From Chloroflexota bacterium (lineage in GTDB: Bacteria; Chloroflexota; UBA11872; VXOZ01): a stretch of 64,000 bases of DNA. The stretch lies in the NCBI GenBank assembly GCA_965219505.1, contig OZ244775.1:1101929-1165928 (forward strand), given 5' to 3'. Within the stretch, counting starts at the first letter, position 1; the number at the start of each line of letters is the position of its first letter. A program made the position numbers and the translations under genes. Shown one piece after another: positions 1 through 10,369 of the stretch. The notes below the pieces were generated by a model. It searched no databases. It had not been told where the DNA came from and worked only from the letters and a program-made list of their open reading frames with translations.

Positions 1-182
1 TCTGCGGCAACCTCGTCAAGGTGTGCAGAACTCTCGAGCATTCCGACAACTGCTTCCACAGTACTTTGCTGTTTTCGTTTTGCCTTCTTCGTATTCCCCT
101 TTTGGTTCCGGCGCCGTTCTGCCCGGTTCATTCGTTCTCCTTTTCTCTGTGATCGTCTAGTCTCCTCGATGATAGGCGATGG

Positions 183-1490
183 CTAGGTAGGTGAAGCCAT
201 GAGCGCTGTTGGTTCCAGATCCCCCACCCGTATCTCACCTGTCATCAGCTTGTGCAAAAGCGCCTTGAATAGCTCCTCCAGCACGGCGCGCTTGCGGCGG
301 TGCAGGTCTATCTTGCGGTCGATGGTGTTGAGGATGGTGACGATTTCATCCTGTTGGTCATCGCCAGGAAACCAGACGGGAATTGTTGCTGAGAGGCTTG
401 CGTTATAGACAGAGTTAACCGACGATACATTTCTCTGTGAAGTGAAGAAACCACTTAGTCGCAAATGCGTTAACCACCGAAACAGATATCGATTGGAGAC
501 TAATCGATGGGTCCTGAACCTCAGGATAAAGGATGAGTACGTGCATTCATCATCCAACTCGAAAATGACTGTTTTCCCAACATGGCCAGAGCTTCCACTT
601 CTCCAATTGAAGAGCACATCCCCCCTAGAAAGGATCAACCTTTCGCGCTGTTCTTCTGGAACCTTGTAGTACCTACGCTTTTCTAGATTGATGCGGCCTT
701 CAAGGTCCAAGTTGATGTTGGTAAGTATTAGAGTGCCAATTGTGGGGTCTGTGGCATTGGCAACCGCAGCTTGCGCTCCATAGGTAATTTCAGCTAAATC
801 GCCAAGTTGTCTGACATCCCAACTCTCCGGCACTGGCCCAATCTCCGTCTCCTTCTGCGCCTCGCCTCCCAGCCCGCGAGTGAACAGCGTCTGCATCGCG
901 GCGCGTTTGAGAGTTTGCGTTGTCTCAATCGATTGTGTCTCAACAGCCATTAACTGTTGAATCATCTCTAGGGTGTCTGAGACTGTCGTTTGTTCTTCGG
1001 GATCAAACTTTGGGAACGGCAGATCAAGGAGTACAGCGGCGGGTATGCGCTGTCGCCCGGTCGCGCCTTCCATGCGCTCGGCGACATGATGGCGGACATC
1101 GGGATGCAGCAAGTAGAAGAACAACAACCGCCTGTCTTGCCCTTCCTTGCACGGTCGAAGCGGGATAACCTCGGTAGTGGCAATGCCGAAGGGTGTCGGT
1201 AGCCCGGTCGCGAGAGCTTGCTTGCCGTTTTCAAACGACGGCGTAATCTTGGCAATCAGAGCGTCGCCGCGCTCAAAGTAGGTTCCACTCCTGATTTCAC
1301 CCGGGGGCCTCATCATGTAGTCGGGTGTATATGCACCGCCTTGAGGGATGGCGTCCATAGGCACGAACGGGACCGCAGGCAACGAAGCCATATCAAGTCC
1401 ACGAGGCTTCTTCGTGACTTCGTAAGCGTCACCCAACCGCAGCCACCGGCGACCTTCGGCAAGTTCAGTATCAAGCAGAGTCATCAGCAA
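183..1490 (-). CDS. hsdS: Type I restriction-modification specificity subunit HsdS
   Basis: 435-aa ORF with two target-recognition halves separated by conserved helical spacer repeats typical of HsdS; start overlaps the hsdM stop by 20 nt (translational coupling). Confidence 0.8.
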   Translation of the reverse strand: MLMTLLDTELAEGRRWLRLGDAYEVTKKPRGLDMASLPAVPFVPMDAIPQGGAYTPDYMMRPPGEIRSGTYFERGDALIAKITPSFENGKQALATGLPTPFGIATTEVIPLRPCKEGQDRRLLFFYLLHPDVRHHVAERMEGATGRQRIPAAVLLDLPFPKFDPEEQTTVSDTLEMIQQLMAVETQSIETTQTLKRAAMQTLFTRGLGGEAQKETEIGPVPESWDVRQLGDLAEITYGAQAAVANATDPTIGTLILTNINLDLEGRINLEKRRYYKVPEEQRERLILSRGDVLFNWRSGSSGHVGKTVIFELDDECTYSSFILRFRTHRLVSNRYLFRWLTHLRLSGFFTSQRNVSSVNSVYNASLSATIPVWFPGDDQQDEIVTILNTIDRKIDLHRRKRAVLEELFKALLHKLMTGEIRVGDLEPTALMASPT

Positions 1491-3345
1491 CTCCAGCCAG
1501 GAGTTTATGCAGCGACGCCGAAAGCTGGTGGGCTTCCTCGTCGAGCGTGATAAGCTCCGCTAGCAGTTCACGAACGGAACCAACCTCTAATGAGCTTGCC
1601 TGCCCCACCCACCGGCTTGGGCTGAGGTTGTAGTCGGCCTCAGCCGCCTGATCGCGTGTAATGACGGCGACCTCGCCTTCTACCGGCTCACCTTTCACGA
1701 ACATCGCCGCCACCGGCTGGATGTCGTCCTGGGGAATAAAATTCTTGGGGCGTCCCTTACCAACGCGACGGCTTGCGTTGACCAGGACAATCTTGTCCTT
1801 GCGGGCCTCCGGCTTGCGCTTGGACAGCACGACGATGATGCCGGCGGCGCTGGTGTTGTAGAAGAGGTTGTCCGGCAGCAGGATCACGCCGTCGATCAGG
1901 TCCCGCTCCACGAACCACTTGCGGATGTTGCGCTCCCGGTCCTCGTGCCTGGCGCCGGAGCCGCGGGTCACCGCGCCGGTGTCCAGCACCACCGCAGCCC
2001 GCCCGCGCTCGTTCAGGCAGGCCAGGGTGTGCTGGAGCCAGGCCCAGTCGCCCTTGCCGGTGGTGACGCCGCCGGCGGTGCGGAAGCGGTCGAAGAGGTC
2101 GTTCTCAAAGATGTCCTGGCTTAAGCCCTGATTCCACATAGGATTGGCGACCACGATGTCGTGGCCCGTAATACGGCCCACGGTGTCCTTAAACTTGGGG
2201 TTGATCATGGTGTCGCCGCGCTCTATCTGGACCTCCATGTCGTGGATGATCGCGTTCATGCGAGCGACGGCGTAACTGTCGGCTTGCAGTTCCTGACCAA
2301 AGAGTTTGAGGGGAACGCGGCTGATGGGATCGGTCTCGCGGGCGACGAGCTGAAGCTTGATAAGTAGGCCCGCCGATCCGCAGGCGTAGTCGTGACACGT
2401 CTGCCCGGGCCGGGGACGCAGGATGTGGGCCATGAGGAAGCCGACCTCGGTGGGGGTGAAGAACTCGCCCGCGCTCTGACCGGAACCTTCGGCGAACTTG
2501 CGGAGCAGGTACTCATAGGCGCGGCCCAGGAAATCGGGCTGCACGTCGGCGAGGCCGAGCCGGTAGCGGGGGTCGGAAAAGGTCTCGACGACGGCGGCGA
2601 GCCGGGCCGGGTTGATGTCCCGCTCTCCGTTGCGCTCCGACGCAAAGTCCACGAGGTCTATGACGCCGGACAGAGTGGGGTTGTAGCGCACGACGGCGCG
2701 CACGGCACTAGTCAGGTGCTCACCAATGTCGCCGGGGCGGGTGCTACGGCCCTGGGCATCGAGCGGCCAGTCGTGTGCCTCGCGACCGCTGACCACGCTC
2801 CAGCGGGCCTCCGGCGGCAGGTAGAATCGGAGCAAGCCGTGGTCACTCTCCGCGATCTCCTGCGCGATTGTCCGGTCCCCAAATTCTTCGGCCAACCGGT
2901 CGATCTCGTCGTCGAACACGTCGGAGAGGCGTTTGAGGAAGAGGAGTGGCAGGAGGTAATCCTTGAACTTGGCCGCGTCCTTCTCACCGCGAATCGAGCA
3001 GGCGGCGTCCCAAAGCATCTGCTCCATTGGCTTGGTGGTGGGAACATTTGCTTTGCGCCGCTGGGATCTCCGCCGAGTCACCCTGGCGGCGGACTCCGCC
3101 CTATCCACGACTGTTTCAGTAGAATCGATGCCCGCCTCGACCGCAAGCGCGGCAATCGCCGTCCGAGCCGCCTTCTGGGGCATAGTCACGCCGCCCTCCC
3201 ACCGGTTCACCGTCGCGAACGACACGCCAAGCCGGTCGGCAAGTTGCTCCTGCGTCAGATCCAACCTGGCGCGAATGGCTTGCAAAGTTGGACTAACCGA
3301 TTGCCTATCTGTTATATTTGCCATGTTTGCATTATAATTGCTCAC
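1471..3345 (-). CDS. hsdM: Type I R-M N6-adenine DNA methyltransferase HsdM with N-terminal XRE-type HTH domain
   Basis: HsdM N-terminal domain ([38 protein letters not shown]); AdoMet motif [11 protein letters not shown]; motif IV variant VVANPMWNQ; preceded by a classic HTH ([23 protein letters not shown]). Confidence 0.85.
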   Translation of the reverse strand: MSNYNANMANITDRQSVSPTLQAIRARLDLTQEQLADRLGVSFATVNRWEGGVTMPQKAARTAIAALAVEAGIDSTETVVDRAESAARVTRRRSQRRKANVPTTKPMEQMLWDAACSIRGEKDAAKFKDYLLPLLFLKRLSDVFDDEIDRLAEEFGDRTIAQEIAESDHGLLRFYLPPEARWSVVSGREAHDWPLDAQGRSTRPGDIGEHLTSAVRAVVRYNPTLSGVIDLVDFASERNGERDINPARLAAVVETFSDPRYRLGLADVQPDFLGRAYEYLLRKFAEGSGQSAGEFFTPTEVGFLMAHILRPRPGQTCHDYACGSAGLLIKLQLVARETDPISRVPLKLFGQELQADSYAVARMNAIIHDMEVQIERGDTMINPKFKDTVGRITGHDIVVANPMWNQGLSQDIFENDLFDRFRTAGGVTTGKGDWAWLQHTLACLNERGRAAVVLDTGAVTRGSGARHEDRERNIRKWFVERDLIDGVILLPDNLFYNTSAAGIIVVLSKRKPEARKDKIVLVNASRRVGKGRPKNFIPQDDIQPVAAMFVKGEPVEGEVAVITRDQAAEADYNLSPSRWVGQASSLEVGSVRELLAELITLDEEAHQLSASLHKLLAGVADDSA

Positions 3346-3403
3346 CCATTTGGGGTCAAAACTACCCGATCAATCCTTATCGGGACGTTGCTAGAGAAGA
3401 AAC

Positions 3404-4238
3404 ATGGCGATTCCTGAATCCCAACTTAGTACGTGGTCCCACCACGGTGCCCAGGACTCGTCTAAACGCACCCATGAGGCTATCCGGCGGGCATTGGATG
3501 CATACCGGTGGCCTTCTGGAATGACCCGCGACTTCTACTTACAGGGGTCATACCGGAACGATACGAACATCCGGGGAGACAGCGACGTCGATGTCGTGCT
3601 AGAAATGACCTCGACGTTCAAATACGACACGAGCTCACTCTCCCAATACGAACAGGGGTTGGTTTCCGCATCTTTCCAGGCGGCCAGATACGATTGGAAC
3701 GACTTCCGACGCGAGGCGCTCAAGGCCCTAGAGGGCGAGTTCGGCAGTTGGATGGTGGGGCAGGGCAACAAGTCGATCAAACTGAAGTCGGACCCACCGA
3801 GACTGGCGGCCGATGTTGTTGTCTGCATGCAGCATCGGCAGTACATCAGCTATTCCTCATACATGGAAGGCATTACTTTCTGGGCTCTAGGTGACAGACG
3901 CTGGATAGTCAATTATCCGAAAGAGCACTACAAGAACGGTGAGGAGGTTCAAGAATGCCCGGAATCACTTGGAGTCCGCTGGCAGCATCAGCGCTGACCT
4001 TGCTCCGTCCTACTTCGTCGAGTGCCTTATCTACAATGCGCCAGACTCGGCTTTTCAGCCCGGCTTTCAGGAGACCTACTGCTCCATCGTCAACTGGGTG
4101 GTCGAATCTGCTCTCGACAGGCTCGTCTGCCAGAATGGCCAGCAGTGGCTTTTTGGTTCGTCTCCCGAGCAATGGTCGGTAGAGGATGCAAAGACCTTCG
4201 CGAATCAGCTGGTCTCTCTGTGGAACGACTGGAGGTGA
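3404..4238 (+). pseudogene. SMODS / cGAS-DncV-like nucleotidyltransferase (CD-NTase), split by a frameshift near 3935-3960
   Basis: ORF 3404-3997 has the NTase core QGSYRNDTNIRGDSDVDVV (GS...[DE]h[DE]h) and a downstream acidic residue (RLAADVVV) plus WIVNYPKEH. ORF 3939-4238 in another frame continues with SMODS C-terminal-like sequence (RNHLESAGSISADLAPSYFVECLIYNAPDS). The two halves together give ~280 aa. Confidence 0.6.
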
Positions 4239-4247
4239 CCAACTCGG

Positions 4248-4826
4248 ATGCACTCCTACGAAGTAAAAGGACAAGGAAGAGTTGCGGTAGCACTCGCTGT
4301 CGCCAGCATCTTGATGATCTGGCTCCTCCATGTCGGACTGGACTCTGTTGACTTCGAGCCTCAGTGGTGGTTGAGCGTACCTTCGTTCGCGGGCTGCTAT
4401 TCAGTACTCCATTGGTTGTTCGACCGCTATGTGTGGAAACTTGGGTGGCTGCGGAATCTCAAGCTAATCCAGCTACCCGATCTCAATGGAAAGTGGGTTG
4501 GTGAGGTCGGGTCTTCCTATAGCCGTGACTGTCGCGCCCACTCAGTGTCCGTAGTTATCTTGCAGAGATGGTCGAAAATACTGGTGAGGCTGGAGACTGA
4601 ACATTCTCGCTCCCGGAGCATTACGGCCAGTCTGAGAACCATTGATCTACTCAATCCTGAATTGTCCTACCAGTATGTAAACGAGCCCAAGTCCAATGCT
4701 CCAGGCACCATGGCCATGCACAGAGGAACAGCAGTTCTTGAATTCATTGGCTCTAACCTTGAAGGCGACTACTTTACTGGGCGAGGAAGGGGAGAGGTGG
4801 GGACAATCAAGCTCAGTAAGTCTTGA
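4248..4826 (+). CDS. 2-TM CBASS-type effector (Cap15/SLATT-like): two N-terminal TM helices plus ~120-aa C-terminal beta-rich domain
   Basis: 192 aa. TM1 RVAVALAVASILMIWLLHVGL, TM2 WWLSVPSFAGCYSVLHWLF. Starts 10 nt after the NTase fragment. The architecture matches known SMODS + 2TM effector pairs. Confidence 0.5.
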   Translation: MHSYEVKGQGRVAVALAVASILMIWLLHVGLDSVDFEPQWWLSVPSFAGCYSVLHWLFDRYVWKLGWLRNLKLIQLPDLNGKWVGEVGSSYSRDCRAHSVSVVILQRWSKILVRLETEHSRSRSITASLRTIDLLNPELSYQYVNEPKSNAPGTMAMHRGTAVLEFIGSNLEGDYFTGRGRGEVGTIKLSKS

Positions 4827-5367
4827 CACCACCGTTATGTGGTCGACGGTGGAAGGGACCCGCAGCCTGATGTGTCAGTGGCAGCCCCACTCTACACCCC
4901 TAGCTTGAACCTGAGCGCGATAGTTCTCGATTCTTTCAATGCTGGTGGGCAGTGTAAGACTGTATTGCGAACTTTTCGGTGGAAGATCCTCATATAAAGT
5001 AAGGGGGTCAACTCCCAAAGGCCTCCGTCTCTGATGAGCGGGGGTCTCGTTCAACGCCGTTGCAGGTGCCCCAGCCACTCCGCACCACTAGACTTGGGGC
5101 GCCTACAAGCCCCATTATCGGGGCTCCGCCTCGGCAATCGAACTGGGAATCCTGCCGAAGCCGAGGATGGAACCGGAACCGCGCATGGTCGATGAGAACG
5201 GCAAGGTGGTCCAGGAAGCGCTGGAACTAGCCTTTCAAACAGCTTCCTCGATTGTGCCGATTACCACTGGTTCCTCAAGTGTGCCGTCGTGGTCCTCGGT
5301 GACGGTAAAGTCGCCGTTGAGAAAGACAACGCCAACGACGCGGGCACCATCCACCACCACGTTGCCT

Positions 5368-5720
5368 CTATAAGGTACAGTTCGGACCCACCAAGGTCTT
5401 GCCGAAAAGACGAGCGTTGTCGTCTATAACGGTACTGCCAGCGAGAATGATGTCGCCGCCCACTACGGCATTACCGCAAACGCCTGCCACATCTCGCAGA
5501 AACGCATTGTCGGTCACGCGGCTGTTGTGCAGGGCATAAGCGCGCTCAGATATCCAGCAGTCGCCTTCCTGGTCGAGGTTGGCCTGTCTCTCAATGAGGC
5601 CAGCCTTGTTGCCCGCCGGCCTCCCCATGAGCCTTCCCGTAAGGCGACGATGCGGTACATGCGTTTGCCTTCAGAGTACAACCCGTCTTTGTCATAGACC
5701 ATGCGGTATATTTTCTTCAC
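5368..5720 (-). pseudogene. Degenerate, frameshifted paralog of the beta-helix repeat gene at 8243-8686
   Basis: ORFs 5514-5861 and 5368-5628 together recapitulate the 8243-8686 protein. KKIYRMVYDKDGLYSEGKRMYRIVALREGSWG matches KKYRMVYEKGAWHPEGKLLYRIYALREGDWG. ...ANLDQEGDCWISERAYALHNSRVTDNAFLRDVAGV... matches ...ANLDQEGECWLTDDAFAIQNSRVTGNAHLRDVAGA.... The copy is split by a frameshift. Confidence 0.7.
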
Positions 5721-6253
5721 GATTTGACACTCTCTTATAAAAGTCTTGCCTGCATGAAAGGTACCACCTTGCGAGACGCTGAAAGGTTTCACTTGTGAAA
5801 ATGCAATCTCCCTACGGTGAGCCGCAAGGAGCCACGCGAGGAAAACCACGGCGTGTCTCAATCAGAGACTCACGGATAGGATTTGGTTTAAACTGTCGGA
5901 GGAAACATGCTATCAATACGTTAACTGGAATTCCAGCAAAACCACGCTAAACCCGCACAAAACCAGCAAAGCATAGTGCACTATGCCCCAAAATGCACCC
6001 AAAACCACCACGCTTGCAATTCTAATCATTGGCAATAGACTGCATTAAAGTGTGGTATGCTATAGGTGCAATAGGTAAAAGAGATGTGAAGGAGAACTAC
6101 GAGTTCTCCTTCACGATAGCCACAGCCATATTGGCTGGCGTCGGTCTGCTTAGGAGGTTCGAGACCCGTATCTTTGCTCTTTCAGATCGGGTGTCGCGCA
6201 TAGAAGTCTTACTTGAAGGCTACTTCATGCATGATAGCAAGCAGGAGGATTAG

Positions 6254-7300
6254 CGATGAGCAAGAGTGCCCTATCGTTTGGGGAGATGGTCAAGGCATTT
6301 CTCGCTATCCGGCCAAAAGAGGTCGAGGATTCACCAGATCCCGATACGTCAGACGACTCCCTACCATCCGAGGCACAGCCTCAGCCAGACACTCCAGAGT
6401 GCTCAGACTGATAGTGTTAATGCGCTCGGCGAATTCGTTGACGTAGCGGTGCAGATGCTTGGCGCTCATGCTATGGTAGATGCCTTTATGCCCGCGTTTG
6501 AGCAGCGCCCAGAAGCTCTCGATACCGTTCGTGTGCGTATCGCCCTGCACGTACTCTTTCCGGCTATGCCGTACCCAGGCATGCCAATAGTCCTCCAGGC
6601 CCCGGTAAGCTTTCCAGTCATCGGAGTAAATCGTGGATTCTTTGGCGACGTTCGCATAGATGGCACCATGCAGCGTTTCCCGGCTGGCATCGGGAATTGG
6701 GAACGCTATTACTTTGCCAGTTCGCTCGCGCATGCCGAACACTGTCGTCTTGCCAGACCCGGGGCCTTGCCGGTACTTCTTGTTGGCATGCCGAATGCGG
6801 TCGGAACCACCAACGTAAGTTTCGTCAACTTCCACAACGCCAGCGAGGGGGTCGCCGCCAACGCCCATGAACTCTCTCAGACGATGCATCAAGAACCAGG
6901 CCGTCTTTTGGGTAGTACCAAGCATTTTGGCGAGCTGGATGCTGGAAACGCCCTTGCGGGCGGTGTAGAGGAAGTAGAGAGCGAACAGCCACTTGCGGAG
7001 AGGAAGCTTGCTGCTTTCCATGACGGTGCCGGTACGAACCGAAAAGTGCCTTCGACAGTCCCGGCAACGATAGGGCATAGGTTTGGTGCAATAGGAGATC
7101 GAGGCAGAACCACAATGCGGGCAGATCGGAGTATTGTCCCAGCGATATCGCTCAAAGTAGGCAATAGCAGCTTGCTCGTCGGGGATCATTTCCGTGAATT
7201 CGTAAAGGCTTAAGGATTTCATGGCAAACCTTCAATACTGACTTACCTTACATATAAAGTATTGCCGATCATATACGTTCGTGATTAGAGCCCCGTGGCG
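6254..7300. mobile_element. IS1595-family insertion sequence (ends approximate)
   Basis: Carries an intact IS1595/ISXO2-like transposase gene. AT-richer flanks. Precise terminal inverted repeats not resolved by eye. Confidence 0.6.
6305..7222 (-). CDS. IS1595-family transposase (N-terminal zinc ribbon + DDE domain)
   Basis: 305 aa. Zn-ribbon CPHCGS...CRDCRRHF, then a conserved ISXO2-like DDE core (VVEVDETYVGG ... YSDDWKAY ... NGIESFWALLKR). Confidence 0.85.
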   Translation of the reverse strand: MKSLSLYEFTEMIPDEQAAIAYFERYRWDNTPICPHCGSASISYCTKPMPYRCRDCRRHFSVRTGTVMESSKLPLRKWLFALYFLYTARKGVSSIQLAKMLGTTQKTAWFLMHRLREFMGVGGDPLAGVVEVDETYVGGSDRIRHANKKYRQGPGSGKTTVFGMRERTGKVIAFPIPDASRETLHGAIYANVAKESTIYSDDWKAYRGLEDYWHAWVRHSRKEYVQGDTHTNGIESFWALLKRGHKGIYHSMSAKHLHRYVNEFAERINTISLSTLECLAEAVPRMVGSRLTYRDLVNPRPLLAG

Positions 7301-7359
7301 CGCGGTTACGATTGTTCTATAATTAGAGTATAGGTTGGCCGCAACGAAAAAGCAAGGGA

Positions 7360-7821
7360 ATGGCAAAGAAAGCTCCGAGCAAGCACTTCCGCAAGGGCAT
7401 GACCCTCATAGAATTACTGGACATGTTCCCCGACGACCCGACCGCCGAGCAATGGTTCGTGAGCGTACGCTGGTCCGATGGCATCCAGTGCGCCTATTGC
7501 AACAGCAAGAACATCACCGTACGTGGCAGTCACCCGAATCAGCCCTACCGCTGCCGCGACTGCCGCAAATTCTTCTCGGTCAAGACCAATTCCATGATGC
7601 ATGCCAGCAACATTGGATACCGCAAGTGGGCACTGGCAATTTACCTAATGACCACAGGTCTCAAAGGCACATCAAGTATGAAACTGCACCGAGACATCGG
7701 CGTGACCCAAAAGACAGCTTGGCACATGGCTCACCGAATCCGAGAAACCTGGGCCCATTCGTATACTGGCGTGTCAGGAGCCAAGAGTGCTAAGGGTCAA
7801 TTCGTGTCCGGAACAGTTTGA
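7360..7821 (+). pseudogene. Truncated second IS1595-family transposase (N-terminal zinc-ribbon/HTH half only, no DDE domain)
   Basis: 153 aa homologous to the N-terminal half of the 6305-7222 protein (CAYCNSK...YRCRDCRKFFSVKTNSMMHASNIGYRKWALAIYLMTTGLKGTSSMKLHRDIGVTQKTAWHMAHRIRE). Ends before the catalytic domain. Divergent from the first copy. Confidence 0.7.
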
Positions 7822-8242
7822 TGTTTAGTCTGTGGAGACATCACACACTTCTGTGAGTATTGAGAGCTATCGTATCTGCTTTGGAGTAAAATGTGTCTGA
7901 CAAGCCCAAGCACAATCCCGACAAGAATCGGAAGCGAGGCCGGCCTGTCATCAAGACCATGCCGCCGAAGATTCCCGATACCCCTGAGAACGTCGCTCGG
8001 GCACTCCTCACTACTCCCCCTAAACCCCGCAAGGCGTCTTAGCCTCTTCGAAAGCCCCTCTGGTTACGATTGTACATAATCCATCTGTATTACAATCTCC
8101 GAACGGAGAAGGGTTGATACGGAGCGCCATGAAAGGCACTACCATGAGAATGTATGATAAAACCTGCTTGGATGTCGGGGACAAGATGAGCCAAAACATG
8201 AACTAGCTTCCTGAGCCCGACCCCAAGAAGGACGTTAAATTC

Positions 8243-8686
8243 GTGGCGAAGAAATACCGCATGGTTTACGAGAAGGGTGCCTGGCACCCCGAAGGCAAAC
8301 TATTGTACCGGATTTACGCTTTGCGTGAAGGCGACTGGGGGCCGGCAGGCACCAAGGGTGGTCTCGTAGAGAAAGCCGCCAACCTGGACCAGGAAGGCGA
8401 GTGCTGGTTGACCGATGATGCCTTCGCCATACAGAACAGCCGCGTAACCGGCAATGCGCATCTGCGTGATGTGGCCGGTGCGTACGATAATGCCAAAGTG
8501 GGCGGCAACTCCGCTTGCGCCGGCACTGCACGGATCATGGGTAACGCCAGTCTCCTGGGCTATACCATCGTGGGGCCGAACTGCACCATCAAAGGCGACG
8601 CGGTCGTAGAGAGTGCCATCATATTCGGGTTCGTTTACATCAACGGCCCATTCACGATCACCGAGGATATCCGTGGAACAATCTAA
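8243..8686 (+). CDS. Hypothetical beta-helix (hexapeptide-like repeat) protein
   Basis: 147 aa with repeated x-N-A-x-[LV] turns (GNAHLRD / DNAKVGG / GNASLLG / PNCTIKG). Intact copy of the gene degenerated at 5368-5720. Confidence 0.5.
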   Translation: MAKKYRMVYEKGAWHPEGKLLYRIYALREGDWGPAGTKGGLVEKAANLDQEGECWLTDDAFAIQNSRVTGNAHLRDVAGAYDNAKVGGNSACAGTARIMGNASLLGYTIVGPNCTIKGDAVVESAIIFGFVYINGPFTITEDIRGTI

Positions 8687-8724
8687 GACGGCCCCGTGCT
8701 ATTGGGTGAAGTCGACGAACCCAG

Positions 8725-9150
8725 CTAAAAGGCGAGTTCCGCCGCTTCCTGTATCAGCTTGCCGCTTTCGTCAACCATACGCGGTTCCGCTTCCACCCTG
8801 GGCAGCGGTAACACCCCAAGTTCGATTGCCACATCGTAGAACCCCCTGTCAGCCAGTCGCATGGCAAGTCGGCGTGTCTGCATGATGCGCTCTGTGCGAG
8901 CGGTTTGGCTTTCATCCTCGGGTTCAGGATAGAGACCCACCGCGATGGCGAGGATATCGTTGTTATTCTCCGTGACATGAAACAACGCCATGCCACGCGC
9001 ATTCAGCCTACGCCGATGTGCAGGTGTGTGCTTCGGGAAGATTTCGCCCACAATGAGGCTGCCGCTCTCATCGTAAATCTCACCCACCGGGGGCGCGCCG
9101 AAACGGCTGCCTCGCTCCAAGCCTTCTCTATTGGGTGTCCTGCTCGCCAT
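8725..9150 (-). CDS. Hypothetical protein (convergent with the 8243 gene)
   Basis: 141-aa ORF. Its C-terminal ~40 aa (AIELGVLPLPRVEAEPRMVDESGKLIQEAAELAF) has a degenerate paralog on the + strand at ~5100-5232 that is interrupted by a stop. Confidence 0.4.
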   Translation of the reverse strand: MASRTPNREGLERGSRFGAPPVGEIYDESGSLIVGEIFPKHTPAHRRRLNARGMALFHVTENNNDILAIAVGLYPEPEDESQTARTERIMQTRRLAMRLADRGFYDVAIELGVLPLPRVEAEPRMVDESGKLIQEAAELAF

Positions 9151-9658
9151 GGCTACTCCTATTCTGACCAGTGCTCAAAGAACGGGTACTCCCTCAGCAG
9201 GCTAACGCGTTGCCGGCGTGCCAGTTCACGTACCAGTTCGATTATTCTTCAACGAAACGATGCCTGCGAACCCATTAATACCGCCAATAATGCATTTTCT
9301 CCTCACAATGTCTTTGAGGTTTCCAACAACGCCTTGTTGGTGCGAATGCATTCATCTGATCCCGCTACCATAGCTCTCGCACTTGGAACTTCCGCCAGCT
9401 CAGCAAGACCCATTTTAGGCATCGTGCTCAAATTGAATGGCACCAGTCAAGAATATAACAGTCAGGAATTTGGTCTCGGTTCTCGGGGCCGGAGGTGCGC
9501 TAGTGAGCGACGCCAATGGCCGGTTTTCAGACCATCGCAACACTGCAGCAGAAGTGTCAGACTTTATGCAAAGAGACATCGCTCCAGAAACGCAAATTGA
9601 GTATCAAGCTACCAAAGCAGACCTCGGAATACCAAGACTTGGGTGGGCATAACCATAG

Positions 9659-10369
9659 TTAGCGCAATAGCATCGGTTCTATTTTCCGGTCAAAATGCAG
9701 AAGACTCGATTGTTCATGCCTTCGCGGGCACTCATTCGCCCCGGCTAGGATTGTATATAGTTCCCTGCGCTTAGTATCGCCGCGCAGGAAGTTCTGCTGC
9801 AGCTCCACGTACACCGCGTAAGGGCTGTCTTCGACAAGGTCGCCGTACCACGCCACGTACTCTTTCAGCAGCGTCATCGCCGCTTGGTGGCGGTCTGCCT
9901 CTATCAGTCTCGCAAGAGGCCCGTCACGGCCGCCGGTGAGCAGAATCAGACCTGCAGCATGCTTCGGCAGATGTGCCGGGTCCAGCCGCGGCTCCCTGCG
10001 GTCGACGGCGTTCGCCAGCGTGAACAGCCGCGAAAGGTTGGCATAGCCCTCCCGCGTCCTGGCCAGCAGAACAAGGCGCGAACCATCCAGCAGGGTGAGC
10101 TCGCCGCCGGTGATGGGCCGGACCTCCAGGCTGTTGGCGAGGCGTGCGAAGTCCAGCGCCCCGCAGAGGTTGGTGTCGGTCAGGGCAAGGGCAGGGTAAC
10201 CGAATGCCTTGGCCTGGGCGAGCAACTCGTGCGTGTGGGAGGCTCCCGTCCCGAAGGAGTAGAAGCTCTTAGCGTGCAGCTCAACGTATCCGGCGGACGG
10301 CGACTGCGTCGAAGACATGGGGCTGTCCCTATGCGGCCTGCTGGTACCAGCGTCCGCCTCTCCGGTCAT
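9659..10369 (-). pseudogene. dnaE2: Error-prone DNA polymerase DnaE2 (ImuC), N-terminal PHP-domain fragment only (236 of ~1000+ aa)
   Basis: YVELHAKSFYSFGTGASHTHELLAQAKAFGYPALALTDTNLCGALDF... is the canonical PHP N-terminus of DnaE2/PolIIIalpha. The ORF stops after 236 aa and no continuation exists in any frame. It lies immediately downstream of imuB. Confidence 0.75.

Noticed and set aside
1-182. Missing hsdR
   Set aside because: hsdR could lie just beyond the window start (order hsdM-hsdS-hsdR), so absence cannot be asserted from this window
2392-3417. 341-aa + strand ORF antisense to hsdM, and similar long antisense ORFs (8905-9600, 10849-11436, 36710-37252, 39874-40605, 41173-41838)
   Set aside because: High-GC antisense shadow ORFs overlapping well-supported genes on the opposite strand; no recognisable domains
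6093-6117. GAAGGAGAAC-tacga-GTTCTCCTTC hairpin, superficially like a Cheo-type GAAC-N-GTTC SOS box
   Set aside because: The spacer is 5 nt, not 4. It sits in an AT-rich IS flank, so it is more likely a terminator or IS-end structure
7874-8040. ~50-aa GTG-initiated ORF with an AT-hook-like KRGRPV motif downstream of the truncated IS1595 transposase
   Set aside because: Too short, with no supporting RBS or homology pattern. It may be residual IS-derived sequence
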